A DNA stretch of 64,000 nt from an uncultured Clostridia bacterium (GCA_934120645.1 CAKOUO010000001.1:203636-267635); one strand, 5' to 3'. Shown: positions 8,588 through 18,599, counted from the first letter of the stretch. Notes: generated from the letters alone by a model not told the origin. A program made the numbers and translations.

Positions 8588-9235
8588 CTATTTATTTGAA
8601 ATATGTATATTTTCAACTTTAGCATTCATTTCTCTAGAAATTATATTTTGAACTTGAGCAACTTGCTCTTTGCTTAAAGTATCAGCCCTTATAACAACAC
8701 TAATACTATCACCATTAACAAAAATAATACTATTTTCAAATCCTTTTGTTTGAATTAAATTTTCACAAATCATAATACTATTTTTAGTATTATTAATTTT
8801 TGTTATCTCATCAGTTGCTGACTGTTTCTGAGTTTCTAAAGAATTACTACTATTCAAAACTTTTTCGTAAGTCTCTAACATCTGAGAATACATTGTATCC
8901 CTTTCCAATTTTGATGTTGTAAAATAATCATTACTATTTTTTACATTTGTTGTACTTGTTTTTACTGCATCATTAGAAACTATATTTTGTGTTGAAGTTG
9001 TATTTTCAACTATATTATTATCACTAGTATTATTATTTTCATCAACAGCATTACTACTAACTAATTGTGCATCACCAATATTTGCCATTTGTGTTAGTTC
9101 TTCTTCACTACTGCTTGTTTGCATTGCACTATTTATACTATCATTATTTGTTGTATAATTTAAATATCCCGCAACTACCAACATCAAAGCAATCGTATAG
9201 ATAATTATTTGATTTTTCTTAAATAACCTCTTCAT
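8588..9235 (-). CDS. spoIIIAH: Stage III sporulation protein AH
   Basis: Last gene of the spoIIIA operon. N-terminal TM segment, then a C-terminal motif VNGDSISVVIRADTLSKEQVAQVQNII typical of SpoIIIAH/YscJ-like proteins. Confidence 0.7.
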   Translation of the reverse strand: MKRLFKKNQIIIYTIALMLVVAGYLNYTTNNDSINSAMQTSSSEEELTQMANIGDAQLVSSNAVDENNNTSDNNIVENTTSTQNIVSNDAVKTSTTNVKNSNDYFTTSKLERDTMYSQMLETYEKVLNSSNSLETQKQSATDEITKINNTKNSIMICENLIQTKGFENSIIFVNGDSISVVIRADTLSKEQVAQVQNIISREMNAKVENIHISNK

Positions 9236-9272
9236 ATTTTTACCTCCATGTAAATTAAATTAATCTTATTTT

Positions 9273-9899
9273 TTATTGTGACATTTCAAAAACCTGTATT
9301 TTATGTGTGGCTAAACCTGTTGCCGCTTCTACTGCTTGAATAATATTTGTTTTTATTGTTGGATTAGAGGCTCCTTTTGCTGTAATTATTGCACCTTCAA
9401 TCTTAGGTTGAATTTTTTTTTGAACAATTGGTGTCTTATTACCATCTACCTCTTGATATATAACTTCTTTATCACTATCTGTTTGTTCAATTTTTCTAGT
9501 CCCACCTGATTTATCTGTTTCTTCTGTTGTACTAGTTTTTGAGTTTTCATTATACATTGCAACAGTTTCGCTTGACTCTGAATAATTTATAAAAACTTTT
9601 ACATTCCCAACCCCCTCAATTTTTTCCAATATTGTTTCTAATTTTCCTTCTAATTGATTATCATCTTCGCTTATTTGAGTATTATTGCTTTGAGAGCTTT
9701 GACTTGCTAGCTGTTTTCCAGCTGAATTTGTAATAGTTTTATTTGAACTTTTTTTACCATTCCAAACATAATTTATTATTACTATTGTTATTATTAAAAC
9801 TATTACGAAAAATACTAGATTCTCAATTTTCCTTTTGTCATTTCCAACATTGTTTTCATCTTTTGTTTTTATCAATTTTTCTAATTTATTTTTAAACAT
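9273..9899 (-). CDS. spoIIIAG: Stage III sporulation protein AG
   Basis: Position in the operon. C-terminal ring-forming domain (GVGNVKVFINY...IEGAIITAKGA...ATGLATHKIQVF). Confidence 0.7.
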   Translation of the reverse strand: MFKNKLEKLIKTKDENNVGNDKRKIENLVFFVIVLIITIVIINYVWNGKKSSNKTITNSAGKQLASQSSQSNNTQISEDDNQLEGKLETILEKIEGVGNVKVFINYSESSETVAMYNENSKTSTTEETDKSGGTRKIEQTDSDKEVIYQEVDGNKTPIVQKKIQPKIEGAIITAKGASNPTIKTNIIQAVEAATGLATHKIQVFEMSQ

Positions 9900-10516
9900 T
9901 TTTCACTCACCCCATATTCATCTATTAAAAATTTTTTAATGTTTTGAATATCTGCATTTGTAACATTTGTATCTTCTTTATTTTCGCTTTTCTCATTTGA
10001 ATTATCTGTGCCTATATTAACATTTTGTATTTTTTGTACTTCTGTAACTATTTTTTCTTCTATGGTTTCACTATTTTTTGCTTCAGTGCTTTGATCATTT
10101 TTCTGTATATTTAAAACAATTTTATTTATTCCACTATCATTTTCTTTTTCAGATATATATGCATCAACTTTACAACTTTCTACATCATAACCTTTTTCTT
10201 CAATTTTTGTAGTTATATCATTTTCCAATTTTTCAATATATATTTGTTTTAATCTTGTATTCATTGAATCCTGATTTACCTCTTCTGTTGATACTTTTTG
10301 TGTTTTCTCTATATAAGAATTAAAGTCTAAATTATCAATGTTAAATTTATTACTGTTTTCTATAAATGGTGATATTATACTAAATAAAACATATAACCCC
10401 ATAACCATCCTTATATATTTTTTTGTTTTATTATTTGGAATTATCATTTCTAATATTGATACTATTATTAATGCTAAACTTAAATTTTTTACCCATGAAC
10501 TTAAAAAACTTACCAA
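9881..10516 (-). CDS. spoIIIAF: Stage III sporulation protein AF
   Basis: Operon position. Two N-terminal TM helices and an acidic C-terminal domain. Overlaps spoIIIAG by 19 nt. Confidence 0.6.
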   Translation of the reverse strand: MVSFLSSWVKNLSLALIIVSILEMIIPNNKTKKYIRMVMGLYVLFSIISPFIENSNKFNIDNLDFNSYIEKTQKVSTEEVNQDSMNTRLKQIYIEKLENDITTKIEEKGYDVESCKVDAYISEKENDSGINKIVLNIQKNDQSTEAKNSETIEEKIVTEVQKIQNVNIGTDNSNEKSENKEDTNVTNADIQNIKKFLIDEYGVSEKCLKIN

Positions 10517-10529
10517 TTTTATTTCACCT

Positions 10530-11708
10530 CTACTTATACATCATTCCACTATTAGACATTTTTACTAATAAGGTGGTTCCTATTATTACCATAAATGAAA
10601 TTGAAACTAATATTGCAAGTAAAATTTTAAAAATATCGCTAATTTCATCAAGTAAATTTACTATTTTCTTATCTGCAATAACTTCACTTATACTTGCCAC
10701 CAGTTTATATGATATTGTTAAAACTGATAATTTTAAAATTGGTAATATACATATTCCAATGATAATTATTACTCCTAAAAATCCAACCGCATTTTTTAAT
10801 ATAACTCCACATCCTAAAACACTATCTACAACATCTCCTAAGATTTTTCCAACTACTGGTACAGCTGTACTTACAATTGTCTTTGCTGTTTTTGCTGTTA
10901 TTCCATCAACACTACTAGATAATGTTCCTTCTAATGAAACAATTCCTACAAATATTGTTAATATAATTCCTAAAAACCATGTTGTACTTGATTTTAAAAA
11001 TTTTGAGATTTTTTCAATTTGAACTTTGTCTGATATTTTAGATATTATACTTATTGATGCTATTATTAATATAATAGGTATTAGTATGTCTTGTATTATA
11101 TTTCCTATAAAATTTACCATAAATAATATTATTGGCTCTAATATACTACTTGTAGCAATACTTCCCGTATATAATATTAACGAAATTAGAACAGGAATTA
11201 ATGTATTCATAAATCCAATTAAATTTATAGATGTTTCTTTTACTAAATTTATAATGTCTGAAAAATTACTCATTATAATTGTAACTATTGCTATATATTG
11301 AACATAATAAATTAATTTTGATATATTATCATTTTCTAAGCTTTCACTTATAGATTTTAGTATGCTATGTATTATTATAATTGCTAAAATACTAATAAGT
11401 GATTTTATACCTGTTTGTACTTCTGTTCCTAATAAACTAAGTATTTTTTTATAAATTGAAGAATTATCAACTTTGCCAGCTATTGCTGAATTCAAAATTT
11501 CTTTTATATCTATGTCATTAAAAAATTCTCCAGAATACTTTTCTGAGTTTTTTAAAAATGAATTTATTCCAAAAGTTTCTTCTTGACTTTCTATTGTATT
11601 GCTGTCTATGTAATTACTATTTGTAGTTTCTGCATATGAAATTTTAAAATCTAAACTTACTATAAATATCATTAGTATTATAATAAATATTTTTTTTTGT
11701 TTATTCAC
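10530..11708 (-). CDS. spoIIIAE: Stage III sporulation protein AE (polytopic membrane protein)
   Basis: 392 aa. Signal peptide followed by multiple TM segments. Operon position. Confidence 0.7.
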   Translation of the reverse strand: MNKQKKIFIIILMIFIVSLDFKISYAETTNSNYIDSNTIESQEETFGINSFLKNSEKYSGEFFNDIDIKEILNSAIAGKVDNSSIYKKILSLLGTEVQTGIKSLISILAIIIIHSILKSISESLENDNISKLIYYVQYIAIVTIIMSNFSDIINLVKETSINLIGFMNTLIPVLISLILYTGSIATSSILEPIILFMVNFIGNIIQDILIPIILIIASISIISKISDKVQIEKISKFLKSSTTWFLGIILTIFVGIVSLEGTLSSSVDGITAKTAKTIVSTAVPVVGKILGDVVDSVLGCGVILKNAVGFLGVIIIIGICILPILKLSVLTISYKLVASISEVIADKKIVNLLDEISDIFKILLAILVSISFMVIIGTTLLVKMSNSGMMYK

Positions 11709-11723
11709 ATTTGCCTTGCCTCC

Positions 11724-12110
11724 TTATGGTAATATTTTTAAGATAATTTCTAATAAATTTGATATTATTGGTATTGACATTGATATTATTATTATTTTAC
11801 TCCCTAATTCTATTTTGCTTGCAATAGCTGCTTCTCCAGAATCTTTGCAAATACTAACAGCAAATTCAGAAAGAAAAGCAATTCCTGTTATTTTTATTAA
11901 TATTGCTATAAATTGTGTATTAATGGCAAATTTATCTTGAACTGATTGAATTAAATTTATAATTCCAGTTAACTTGTCCATTACTAAAAATAAAATTAAA
12001 ATTCCTGTTAACAAGCTAACAAATACTGCATATTCTGGTCTATATTGTTTTAGTAAAATAATGATTATTAAAGCAATTAATGCAATTCCAATTATTTTAA
12101 TAATTTCCAT
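11724..12110 (-). CDS. spoIIIAD: Stage III sporulation protein AD
   Basis: 128 aa, four predicted TM helices. Operon position. Confidence 0.65.
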   Translation of the reverse strand: MEIIKIIGIALIALIIIILLKQYRPEYAVFVSLLTGILILFLVMDKLTGIINLIQSVQDKFAINTQFIAILIKITGIAFLSEFAVSICKDSGEAAIASKIELGSKIIIISMSIPIISNLLEIILKILP

Positions 12111-12125
12111 TACAAAATCGCTCCT

Positions 12126-12320
12126 TTATAGATTGAATAATGTTCTAACTGTATCAAATAACCCACTTATTTCTTTTATTACCATAGTTAAAACTATTAC
12201 TAATCCTGCAAGAGTTGTCATCATAGCTTGATCTTCTCTTCCTGCTCTAACTAAAACTTGATACAAAACAGCAACTAATATTCCTATTGCAGCTATTTTA
12301 AATAATAAATCTATACTCAT
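12126..12320 (-). CDS. spoIIIAC: Stage III sporulation protein AC
   Basis: 64 aa, two-TM protein. MSIDLLFKIAAIGILVAVLYQVL... is typical of SpoIIIAC. Confidence 0.7.
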   Translation of the reverse strand: MSIDLLFKIAAIGILVAVLYQVLVRAGREDQAMMTTLAGLVIVLTMVIKEISGLFDTVRTLFNL

Positions 12321-12351
12321 AAAATCAATCCCCTTTTAAAATAGTTTTTTA

Positions 12352-12861
12352 TTACACTAGAAGAATTACAATTGCAAGTCCTATTGTTGTTCCTAATTTT
12401 GTATATAATTTTTCGTTTTTGTTTTTTTCTGTTTCTGCTTCTTTTATCTGTTTTTCTAAAAAACTTTCTGTAACTTCTATTTGGCTTATTTGCCCTTCAG
12501 TGTCTGTTGTTCCTAATAATCTTGATAATGTTTTTATTGTTTGCTTGTCCTCACTATTTAAATTTGTTTCTGCTTTTTCTATTGCATCTTCCCATGCTTG
12601 ACTTGCAGTTTTTGTTTTCATTTCTATTTTGGCTTTTATAAATATATTTGATATATTTTTACTTGTATTTTTAGCTATTTCATCAAATATTTCAGGTATA
12701 GGTTCATATGTAAATTTTATTTTTGTTTTAAATATGTTTAATGCATTTTTTATTTCTTCTAGTTCTTCTAATCTATATTTATATTTTTGTGATATGTATT
12801 TTCCAATTAATGCTGATGCTATAAACACCAAAAAAAGCATACAATATTTAATAAACTGCAT
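12352..12861 (-). CDS. spoIIIAB: Stage III sporulation protein AB
   Basis: 169 aa. Alignable by eye to B. subtilis SpoIIIAB (TASQAWEDAI..., C-terminal TM ...NEKLYTKLGTTIGLAIVILLV). Confidence 0.7.
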   Translation of the reverse strand: MQFIKYCMLFLVFIASALIGKYISQKYKYRLEELEEIKNALNIFKTKIKFTYEPIPEIFDEIAKNTSKNISNIFIKAKIEMKTKTASQAWEDAIEKAETNLNSEDKQTIKTLSRLLGTTDTEGQISQIEVTESFLEKQIKEAETEKNKNEKLYTKLGTTIGLAIVILLV

Positions 12862-12933
12862 TTTTATTCTCCTTGCATTTTATTTTTAATATTATATGCT
12901 TCTTATTCAATTTTAGAACTATATTATTTTAAT

Positions 12934-14256
12934 TTATTGTAGCCAACTAAATGAATTAGCAATTTCATTTCCTTCTTGCTCTATTTCTTGCTTGTCTTGT
13001 AAACTATAACTATATACAGTTATACATGCTAATTTTCCATCTTTAAAAATGTAATAATAATATGCTACTTCTTCTGGTTTACTATGATATTCCATTTCTA
13101 CTTTTGCCATATCATAATTATTTGAAGTTTTTTCTATATCTATATTTAAAATATCTGGCTTATCTTCTGTTTTTTCAAATGTTGTTTCTAAATTTGATTT
13201 TATATCCTCAATTGTTTTTATTGATTCTGTATCTACTGTATCATAATATAATGATATAATAGCAGGATATGTTGAATAATCCTGTGTAGAATTTGATACT
13301 GTTACATTATTTGTAGTTGAATTTGATACTGGAAAAGTACTGATATATTTATAAAAGTTCCATTCTGATGTATAATTTGATTTTATATTTGTCCAATCTT
13401 CTCCAATTTTAAAACTTATATTTGAATCTTGATAAGTTGCTTTTGAGTTTTTCTTAATAGTATCAGAAATAGTACCTATTCCTATAAGAATTATTGCAAT
13501 TATAATTAATATAATACTAATTATTCCTAGAACTGATATTTTTCTTACTTTAGTTTTTTTATTTTCATCATCTTCTGAATAGTAATATTTTCCCTTATAT
13601 TTTTTTATAATTCCTAATTGTTTTAAATATTGAAATTTTTGTTTAGCTTTAGAATCCTCTATTTCTGCTAGTACTTCTTCTTTTATCATAGCTTTTTCTT
13701 TGTTTACAGCTTCATATTTTACAAAAATTGGTTTTACTAATTCTATAGCTTCTTTTTTTATCTTATTGGTTTGTTCATTATTATTTAAATCTAGCTTTAT
13801 ATCTTGTCCGTCATTATTTTCTAATTGTTTTTTTATATTTGTTGTTATAATACTTGCTCCTAATATTGTAAATACAATTGCAACAATAAAATCTTTAATT
13901 ATTGCCGTAAAAAATTCTTTATTCGAATACATTTTTTCTATGTTTACTAGGCTTGGATTTAATCCTTGCTTTTGTATTAATAATGCAGGTATTACAACTA
14001 ATGTTACAATTGCTACTATTATAATTGCTACTACCATAATAATTGTTGTTAATTTTTTGTCCATTTTTCCTTTTGCTATTTTATATCCATAAAATTCTCC
14101 TGCTGCTATTAACGCTGCTAGTATAGAAAACATCATATTCCCATATACATATGTTAATATCCATGGAATACTTGCTATTGCTCCACCTATTATTGCCCCT
14201 ATTATTCCTGCAAGATAACTTCCTTTTTGTGTTTTTACTACATCTTCTTTTTCCAT
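12934..14256 (-). CDS. Hypothetical polytopic membrane protein (440 aa) sitting where spoIIIAA would be expected
   Basis: GAGGGTG RBS. N-terminal block of 4-5 TM helices, a K/E-rich coiled-coil middle, another TM segment, and a C-terminal extracytoplasmic domain (YYYYIFKDGKLACITVYSYS). No Walker A/B motifs, so it is not SpoIIIAA. Confidence 0.5.
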   Translation of the reverse strand: MEKEDVVKTQKGSYLAGIIGAIIGGAIASIPWILTYVYGNMMFSILAALIAAGEFYGYKIAKGKMDKKLTTIIMVVAIIIVAIVTLVVIPALLIQKQGLNPSLVNIEKMYSNKEFFTAIIKDFIVAIVFTILGASIITTNIKKQLENNDGQDIKLDLNNNEQTNKIKKEAIELVKPIFVKYEAVNKEKAMIKEEVLAEIEDSKAKQKFQYLKQLGIIKKYKGKYYYSEDDENKKTKVRKISVLGIISIILIIIAIILIGIGTISDTIKKNSKATYQDSNISFKIGEDWTNIKSNYTSEWNFYKYISTFPVSNSTTNNVTVSNSTQDYSTYPAIISLYYDTVDTESIKTIEDIKSNLETTFEKTEDKPDILNIDIEKTSNNYDMAKVEMEYHSKPEEVAYYYYIFKDGKLACITVYSYSLQDKQEIEQEGNEIANSFSWLQ

Positions 14257-14357
14257 ATTTTCACCCTCTTTTATTTTTATACTGTTAATATATCATATAT
14301 ATTTTTTTATTGCAATCACTTTTTTATTTTAAGTTCATATGTTCTACAAACACTTTT

Positions 14358-14386
14358 TTGACTTTTTTGTTTTAATATGGTATAAT
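14358..14386 (+). promoter_or_regulatory. Near-consensus sigma-A promoter (TTGACT-17-TATAAT with extended TG) for small gene 1
   Basis: TTGACT at 14358-14363, 17-nt spacer, TGGTATAAT at 14378-14386. Read directly. Confidence 0.5.
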
Positions 14387-14436
14387 ATAAGTATATAACA
14401 AATAGTTTAAAACTAATTACAAAGGAGAGATACAGT

Positions 14437-14703
14437 ATGCAAAATGTACGGTATGCAAAAGTAACATCAAATGAAAGTAACTTTATAGTAACATTGTTTG
14501 GCAGGCAGCACAAAGAAGTAATTGTCCCGTTTTCAGATATTGAAAACAAATTCAGAAAAGAAAAAGGTCCGGATTTAAAAATGTTATTCTTAAATATTGT
14601 AAAGAGTAAATTTCCTGATCTAAGCAGCCTCTATCTTGATACCTCTGCCGCAGACAATAAAATGCAGCAACTTGCTGAAAGAACCGGTATTGAGTATATC
14701 TAA
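14437..14703 (+). CDS. Small hypothetical protein (88 aa), diverged member of the tandem small-protein family
   Basis: RBS AAAGGAGAG. The motif YAKVTSNESNFIVTL aligns with YYKVSVEDDCFVLTP / YYKVAVENDSFVLTR in the next two genes. Higher GC than the genome background. Confidence 0.5.
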   Translation: MQNVRYAKVTSNESNFIVTLFGRQHKEVIVPFSDIENKFRKEKGPDLKMLFLNIVKSKFPDLSSLYLDTSAADNKMQQLAERTGIEYI

Positions 14704-14708
14704 TCTTA

Positions 14709-14748
14709 AAGCCCCACATCTAATTTGATGTGAGGCTTTCTCTTTATC
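14709..14748 (+). terminator. Rho-independent terminator (gccccacatc...gatgtgaggc + T-run)
   Basis: GC-rich stem followed by TTTCTCTTT. Confidence 0.5.
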
Positions 14749-14771
14749 TAATCATAGCATTGTGTGTTATG

Positions 14772-14800
14772 TTGACTTTGCTTGTAAAAAGATGTATAAT
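14772..14800 (+). promoter_or_regulatory. Near-consensus sigma-A promoter TTGACT-17-TATAAT for small gene 2
   Basis: TTGACT at 14772-14777 and TATAAT at 14795-14800. Confidence 0.5.
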
Positions 14801-14850
14801 GTATGTAGTGTTACTAATAAATTTAGCATTAGAAAAAGGAGATTAAAAAC

Positions 14851-15189
14851 ATGGCTAAAAACAATTTACGGTATATTTCATTATGTAGTAACAGCAGCAT
14901 TAGTTGTCGGAAAGTATCTTACTACAAAGTAAGTGTTGAAGATGATTGTTTTGTTTTGACACCAGCTGACAAAAAAGGAAAACCTGTTAAGGATTCTTCA
15001 CCTTTAGAAGTCAAATATGCTGATTTCTTATATCCTCAGCTGAATTCTAGTGAAGCTGTCTTGGAGGAAATCAAAAATCATCTTCCTTCAGTAGATGACA
15101 AACAAACTGTAACTACCCTGGTTGCTCATGCCGATTTTATTGCCAAAGTTGATCAGCTGGCTTTAAAAAGCGCAATTGAATTTGCTTGA
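14851..15189 (+). CDS. Small hypothetical protein (112 aa), paralog of the 15337 gene
   Basis: RBS AAAGGAGAT. Aligns along its length with the next gene (RYISLCSNSSI/FYVSLSSYSII, YYKVSVEDDCFVLTPADKKGKP/YYKVAVENDSFVLTRSDIKGKI, YADFLYP/FDNFFYP). Confidence 0.55.
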   Translation: MAKNNLRYISLCSNSSISCRKVSYYKVSVEDDCFVLTPADKKGKPVKDSSPLEVKYADFLYPQLNSSEAVLEEIKNHLPSVDDKQTVTTLVAHADFIAKVDQLALKSAIEFA

Positions 15190-15218
15190 TTGATCTGCAA
15201 CCACTAAAAAATCTTCTA

Positions 15219-15258
15219 CCCTATCACATATACTTTATGTGATAGGGTCTTTTCTTTG
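15219..15258 (+). terminator. Rho-independent terminator ccctatcacataTACTTTatgtgataggg + T-run
   Basis: 12-bp perfect stem. An identical 42-bp sequence recurs at 15712-15753. Confidence 0.6.
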
Positions 15259-15263
15259 TTAGA

Positions 15264-15292
15264 TTGACTTTAATTTAAAAAAGATATATAAT
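15264..15292 (+). promoter_or_regulatory. Near-consensus sigma-A promoter TTGACT-17-TATAAT for small gene 3
   Basis: TTGACT at 15264-15269 and TATAAT at 15287-15292. The 5' UTR resembles that of gene 2 (ttactNNtaa...agcatNaaaaggagattaaa). Confidence 0.5.
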
Positions 15293-15336
15293 ATATATAA
15301 GTATTACTGTTAATCTAGCATAAAAGGAGATTAAAG

Positions 15337-15705
15337 ATGAATAATAAAATGTTTTATGTTTCATTAAGTAGTTACAGTATAATTGATAATCTCAAAAAAC
15401 TAGATAAGCGGGGGACGTATTACAAAGTAGCTGTTGAAAATGATTCTTTTGTTTTAACACGTAGTGACATAAAAGGAAAAATACAAAAAAATGCCTTTTC
15501 ATCTAAGACTAGTTTTGATAATTTTTTCTATCCTATGTGTTGCTCTAATAGAGTTGCTTTTCTTGAGCTGGAAAAATGTCTTCCATTATCATCGATGAGG
15601 AAAAGGAAACGCTGCAAATCTGGATTTTATTTGATTTTTTCTTCTGATTCAATGGAAAAAGTCGATAAAATATTAATGAAAAACATAGTTACATTTGATT
15701 TGTAG
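15337..15705 (+). CDS. Small hypothetical protein (122 aa), paralog of the 14851 gene, with a basic Cys-containing C-terminal extension
   Basis: RBS AAAGGAGAT. The paralogy is described under the 14851 gene. Confidence 0.55.
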   Translation: MNNKMFYVSLSSYSIIDNLKKLDKRGTYYKVAVENDSFVLTRSDIKGKIQKNAFSSKTSFDNFFYPMCCSNRVAFLELEKCLPLSSMRKRKRCKSGFYLIFSSDSMEKVDKILMKNIVTFDL

Positions 15706-15724
15706 CACCTCTAAAAATCTTCTA

Positions 15725-15762
15725 CCCTATCACATATACTTTATGTGATAGGGTTTCTTTTT
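15725..15762. terminator. Second identical copy of the ccctatcacata...atgtgataggg terminator; probably bidirectional (also downstream of uvrB)
   Basis: Identical hairpin. T-run on the plus strand and A-run upstream, so it reads as a terminator on both strands. Confidence 0.55.
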
Positions 15763-17717
15763 TATAATAATTTTTCAAGTTCTCTTATTTTATCCCTAAT
15801 TTCAGCTGCTTTTTCAAATTCCATTTCAGCTGCATATTTTAACATTTCATCTGTTAATTTATTAATTGTATCTTTAAGATCTTCTTGTTTTTCCATTTTG
15901 AATTCAACACCAATATCTTCTTGTTTAATAGCACTTATTGCATCTCTTACAGATTTATTTATTGTTTTTGGTATAATTCCATGTTCTTTATTATATTGTT
16001 CCTGTATTTTTCTTCTTCTATTTGTTTCTGTAATTGCCTTTTCCATGGAATCTGTTAATTCGTCTGCATACATAATAACAGTTCCATCTGTATTTCTTGC
16101 AGCTCTTCCTATTGTTTGTATTAAAGAACGCTCTGAACGTAAAAATCCTTCTTTGTCTGCATCTAATATAGCAACTAATGAAACTTCTGGTATATCTAAT
16201 CCTTCTCTTAAAAGGTTTATACCAACTAAAACATCAAATTCTCCCAAACGTAAATTACGTATTATTTCCATTCTTTCTAATGCCTTTATATCTGAATGCA
16301 TGTAATTTACTTTTATATCTAAACTCTGCAAATATGCAGTTAAATCTTCTGCCATTTTTTTTGTTAATGTTGTTACTAGAACTCTTTCATGTTTTTCTAT
16401 TCTTATACGTATTTGTTCAATCAAATCATCAATTTGGTTCGTAACTGGTTTTACTTCTATTTTTGGGTCTAATAGTCCAGTTGGTCTTATAATTTGTTCA
16501 ACTACATTATTTTTACTATGTTCTTTTTCATAATCTGCAGGTGTTGCACTTACAAATACAACTTGATTTATTCTTTTTTCAAATTCCTCAAATGTTAATG
16601 GCCTATTATCAAATGCTGATGGTAATCTAAATCCATAATTTACTAATGATTCTTTTCTTGCTCTATCTCCATTATACATTGCTCTTACTTGTGGAATTGT
16701 TGCATGTGATTCATCAATTAAAAGTAAAAAGTCTTTTGGAAAATAGTCAAATAATGTATATGGTGGACTTCCTGCTGGTCTTTGACTTAGGTGTCTTGAA
16801 TAGTTTTCTATTCCTTGGCAGAAGCCTGTTTCTTTCATCATTTCTATATCAAAATTTGTTCTCTCTTCAATTCTTTGTGCTTCTATTAACTTATTGTTAT
16901 CTTTAAAATATTTTATTCTTTCTTGTAGTTCTTCTTCTATTGTTCCAATTGCTCTATCTAATTTATCTTTGCTTGTAACATATTGTGATGCTGGTGGTAT
17001 TAAAATATGTTTTCTTTCTCCAATCGCCTTTCCTGTTAATGGGTTTATTTCTGTTATTTTTTCTATTTCATCTCCCCAAAATTCCACTCTAACAGCGCTT
17101 TCACTTTGTGATGATGGATATATTTCTACAATATCGCCTTTTGCTCTAAATGTTCCTCTCTTAAAATCTACTTCATTTCTTGTATATTGCATATTTACTA
17201 ATTTTCTTAATACTTCATCTCTTGACTTATTCATTCCTGGCCTTAAAGATAACATCATTTCTTGATAATCTACTGGGTCACCTAGACCATAAATACATGA
17301 TACTGATGCTACTATTATAACATCTCTTGTTTCAAATAATGATAATGTTGCAGAATGGCGTAATTTATCTATCTCATCATTTATTGAAGCATCTTTTTCT
17401 ATATAAGTATCTGAACTTGGAATATAACTTTCTGGCTGATAATAATCGTAATATGACACAAAATATTCAACATTGTTTTCCGGAAAAAATTCCTTAAATT
17501 CTGAATATAGTTGTCCCGCTAAGGTTTTGTTATGTGCTAATACTAATGTTGGTCTTTGCACTTTTTGTATTATATTTGCCATTGTAAATGTTTTTCCAGA
17601 ACCTGTAACACCTAAAAGTGTTTGATATTTTTTGCCTTCTTCTATTCCTTTTGATAAATATTCTATTGCTTGTGGTTGGTCACCTGTTGGCTTATATTCT
17701 GAATGTAATTTAAACAT
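15762..17717 (-). CDS. uvrB: Excinuclease ABC subunit B
   Basis: 651 aa. Walker [10 protein letters not shown], helicase motifs and a C-terminal UVR domain (...[16 protein letters not shown]). Confidence 0.9.
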   Translation of the reverse strand: MFKLHSEYKPTGDQPQAIEYLSKGIEEGKKYQTLLGVTGSGKTFTMANIIQKVQRPTLVLAHNKTLAGQLYSEFKEFFPENNVEYFVSYYDYYQPESYIPSSDTYIEKDASINDEIDKLRHSATLSLFETRDVIIVASVSCIYGLGDPVDYQEMMLSLRPGMNKSRDEVLRKLVNMQYTRNEVDFKRGTFRAKGDIVEIYPSSQSESAVRVEFWGDEIEKITEINPLTGKAIGERKHILIPPASQYVTSKDKLDRAIGTIEEELQERIKYFKDNNKLIEAQRIEERTNFDIEMMKETGFCQGIENYSRHLSQRPAGSPPYTLFDYFPKDFLLLIDESHATIPQVRAMYNGDRARKESLVNYGFRLPSAFDNRPLTFEEFEKRINQVVFVSATPADYEKEHSKNNVVEQIIRPTGLLDPKIEVKPVTNQIDDLIEQIRIRIEKHERVLVTTLTKKMAEDLTAYLQSLDIKVNYMHSDIKALERMEIIRNLRLGEFDVLVGINLLREGLDIPEVSLVAILDADKEGFLRSERSLIQTIGRAARNTDGTVIMYADELTDSMEKAITETNRRRKIQEQYNKEHGIIPKTINKSVRDAISAIKQEDIGVEFKMEKQEDLKDTINKLTDEMLKYAAEMEFEKAAEIRDKIRELEKLL

Positions 17718-17736
17718 ATATTTTTGCCGCCTCCAT

Positions 17737-18489
17737 TTATTTTATAATATCTTTTACTACTTCACCAGCAATAATTAAACCTACAACTGATGGTACAAAT
17801 GATATACTACCAGGAATTTGATTTCTAATTGTGCATTTTCTTTTTGTTCCTGGTGGACAAATACAGTTTGTTTTACAACTATTTTGAATATTGTCATATG
17901 GTTTTATTGGATCTTCTTTAGAATAAACAACTTTTAATTTTTTTATTCCTCTAGCTTTTAATTCTTTTCTCATAACTTTTGCAAGTGGACATACACTTGT
18001 TTTATATATATCTGTTACTTCAAATTTTGTAGGGTCTAGCTTATTTCCACTTCCCATTGCTGATATAATTGGTATATTTAATTTATTAGCTTGCATAACT
18101 AATTCAATTTTTGCTGTAACTGTATCTACTGCATCTATTATATAATCAACACTTTCATCTATTATACTTTTTTCAGAATTTGGCATATAAAATTCTTTAA
18201 ATGTTTCAACAGTTGCTTCTGGATTTATTTCTAAAATTCTTTCTTTCATTACATCAACTTTATATTTTCCTATTGTTTTTCTAGTTGCTTCAATTTGTCT
18301 ATTTAAATTTGTTAGGCAAACTTTATCATCATCTACTAAAATAAAGTTTTCTATTCCTGCTCTTACTAGTCCTTCTGCAACAAAAGATCCTACTCCTCCT
18401 ATACCAAATATTGCAACTTTTGATTTATTTAATTTTTCTATTCCTTCTTTTCCTATTAATAATTCTGTTCTTGAAAATTGATTTAACAT
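17737..18489 (-). CDS. tcdA: ThiF/MoeB-family tRNA threonylcarbamoyladenosine dehydratase (TcdA/CsdL-like)
   Basis: Dinucleotide-binding motif [37 protein letters not shown], and a C-terminal Cys cluster. Confidence 0.7.
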   Translation of the reverse strand: MLNQFSRTELLIGKEGIEKLNKSKVAIFGIGGVGSFVAEGLVRAGIENFILVDDDKVCLTNLNRQIEATRKTIGKYKVDVMKERILEINPEATVETFKEFYMPNSEKSIIDESVDYIIDAVDTVTAKIELVMQANKLNIPIISAMGSGNKLDPTKFEVTDIYKTSVCPLAKVMRKELKARGIKKLKVVYSKEDPIKPYDNIQNSCKTNCICPPGTKRKCTIRNQIPGSISFVPSVVGLIIAGEVVKDIIK

Positions 18490-18599
18490 TATTTTGCTCC
18501 TCTTTTTTGATAAAAATTAATAGCACAAAATGTGCATATTAGAATAATTCATTTATATCACATTTTGCGCTTATTGTAAACATTGTTACTTTTTTAATA

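Noticed and set aside
10423-11022. Plus-strand ORFs (199 aa and others such as 15745-16305, 35596-36258, 38706-39086) antisense to long minus-strand genes
   Set aside because: Their translations are low-complexity (L/I/F/Y-rich), typical of antisense frames in AT-rich DNA. They overlap well-supported genes (spoIIIAE, uvrB, ALDH, pilin-like protein) and lack RBSs.
12862-12933. Sigma-E promoter for spoIIIAB in the 72-bp gap
   Set aside because: I could not find a convincing kmATATT...CATACA-T arrangement by eye. A CATATAAT element is present, but with the wrong spacing to a -35, so no promoter is called.
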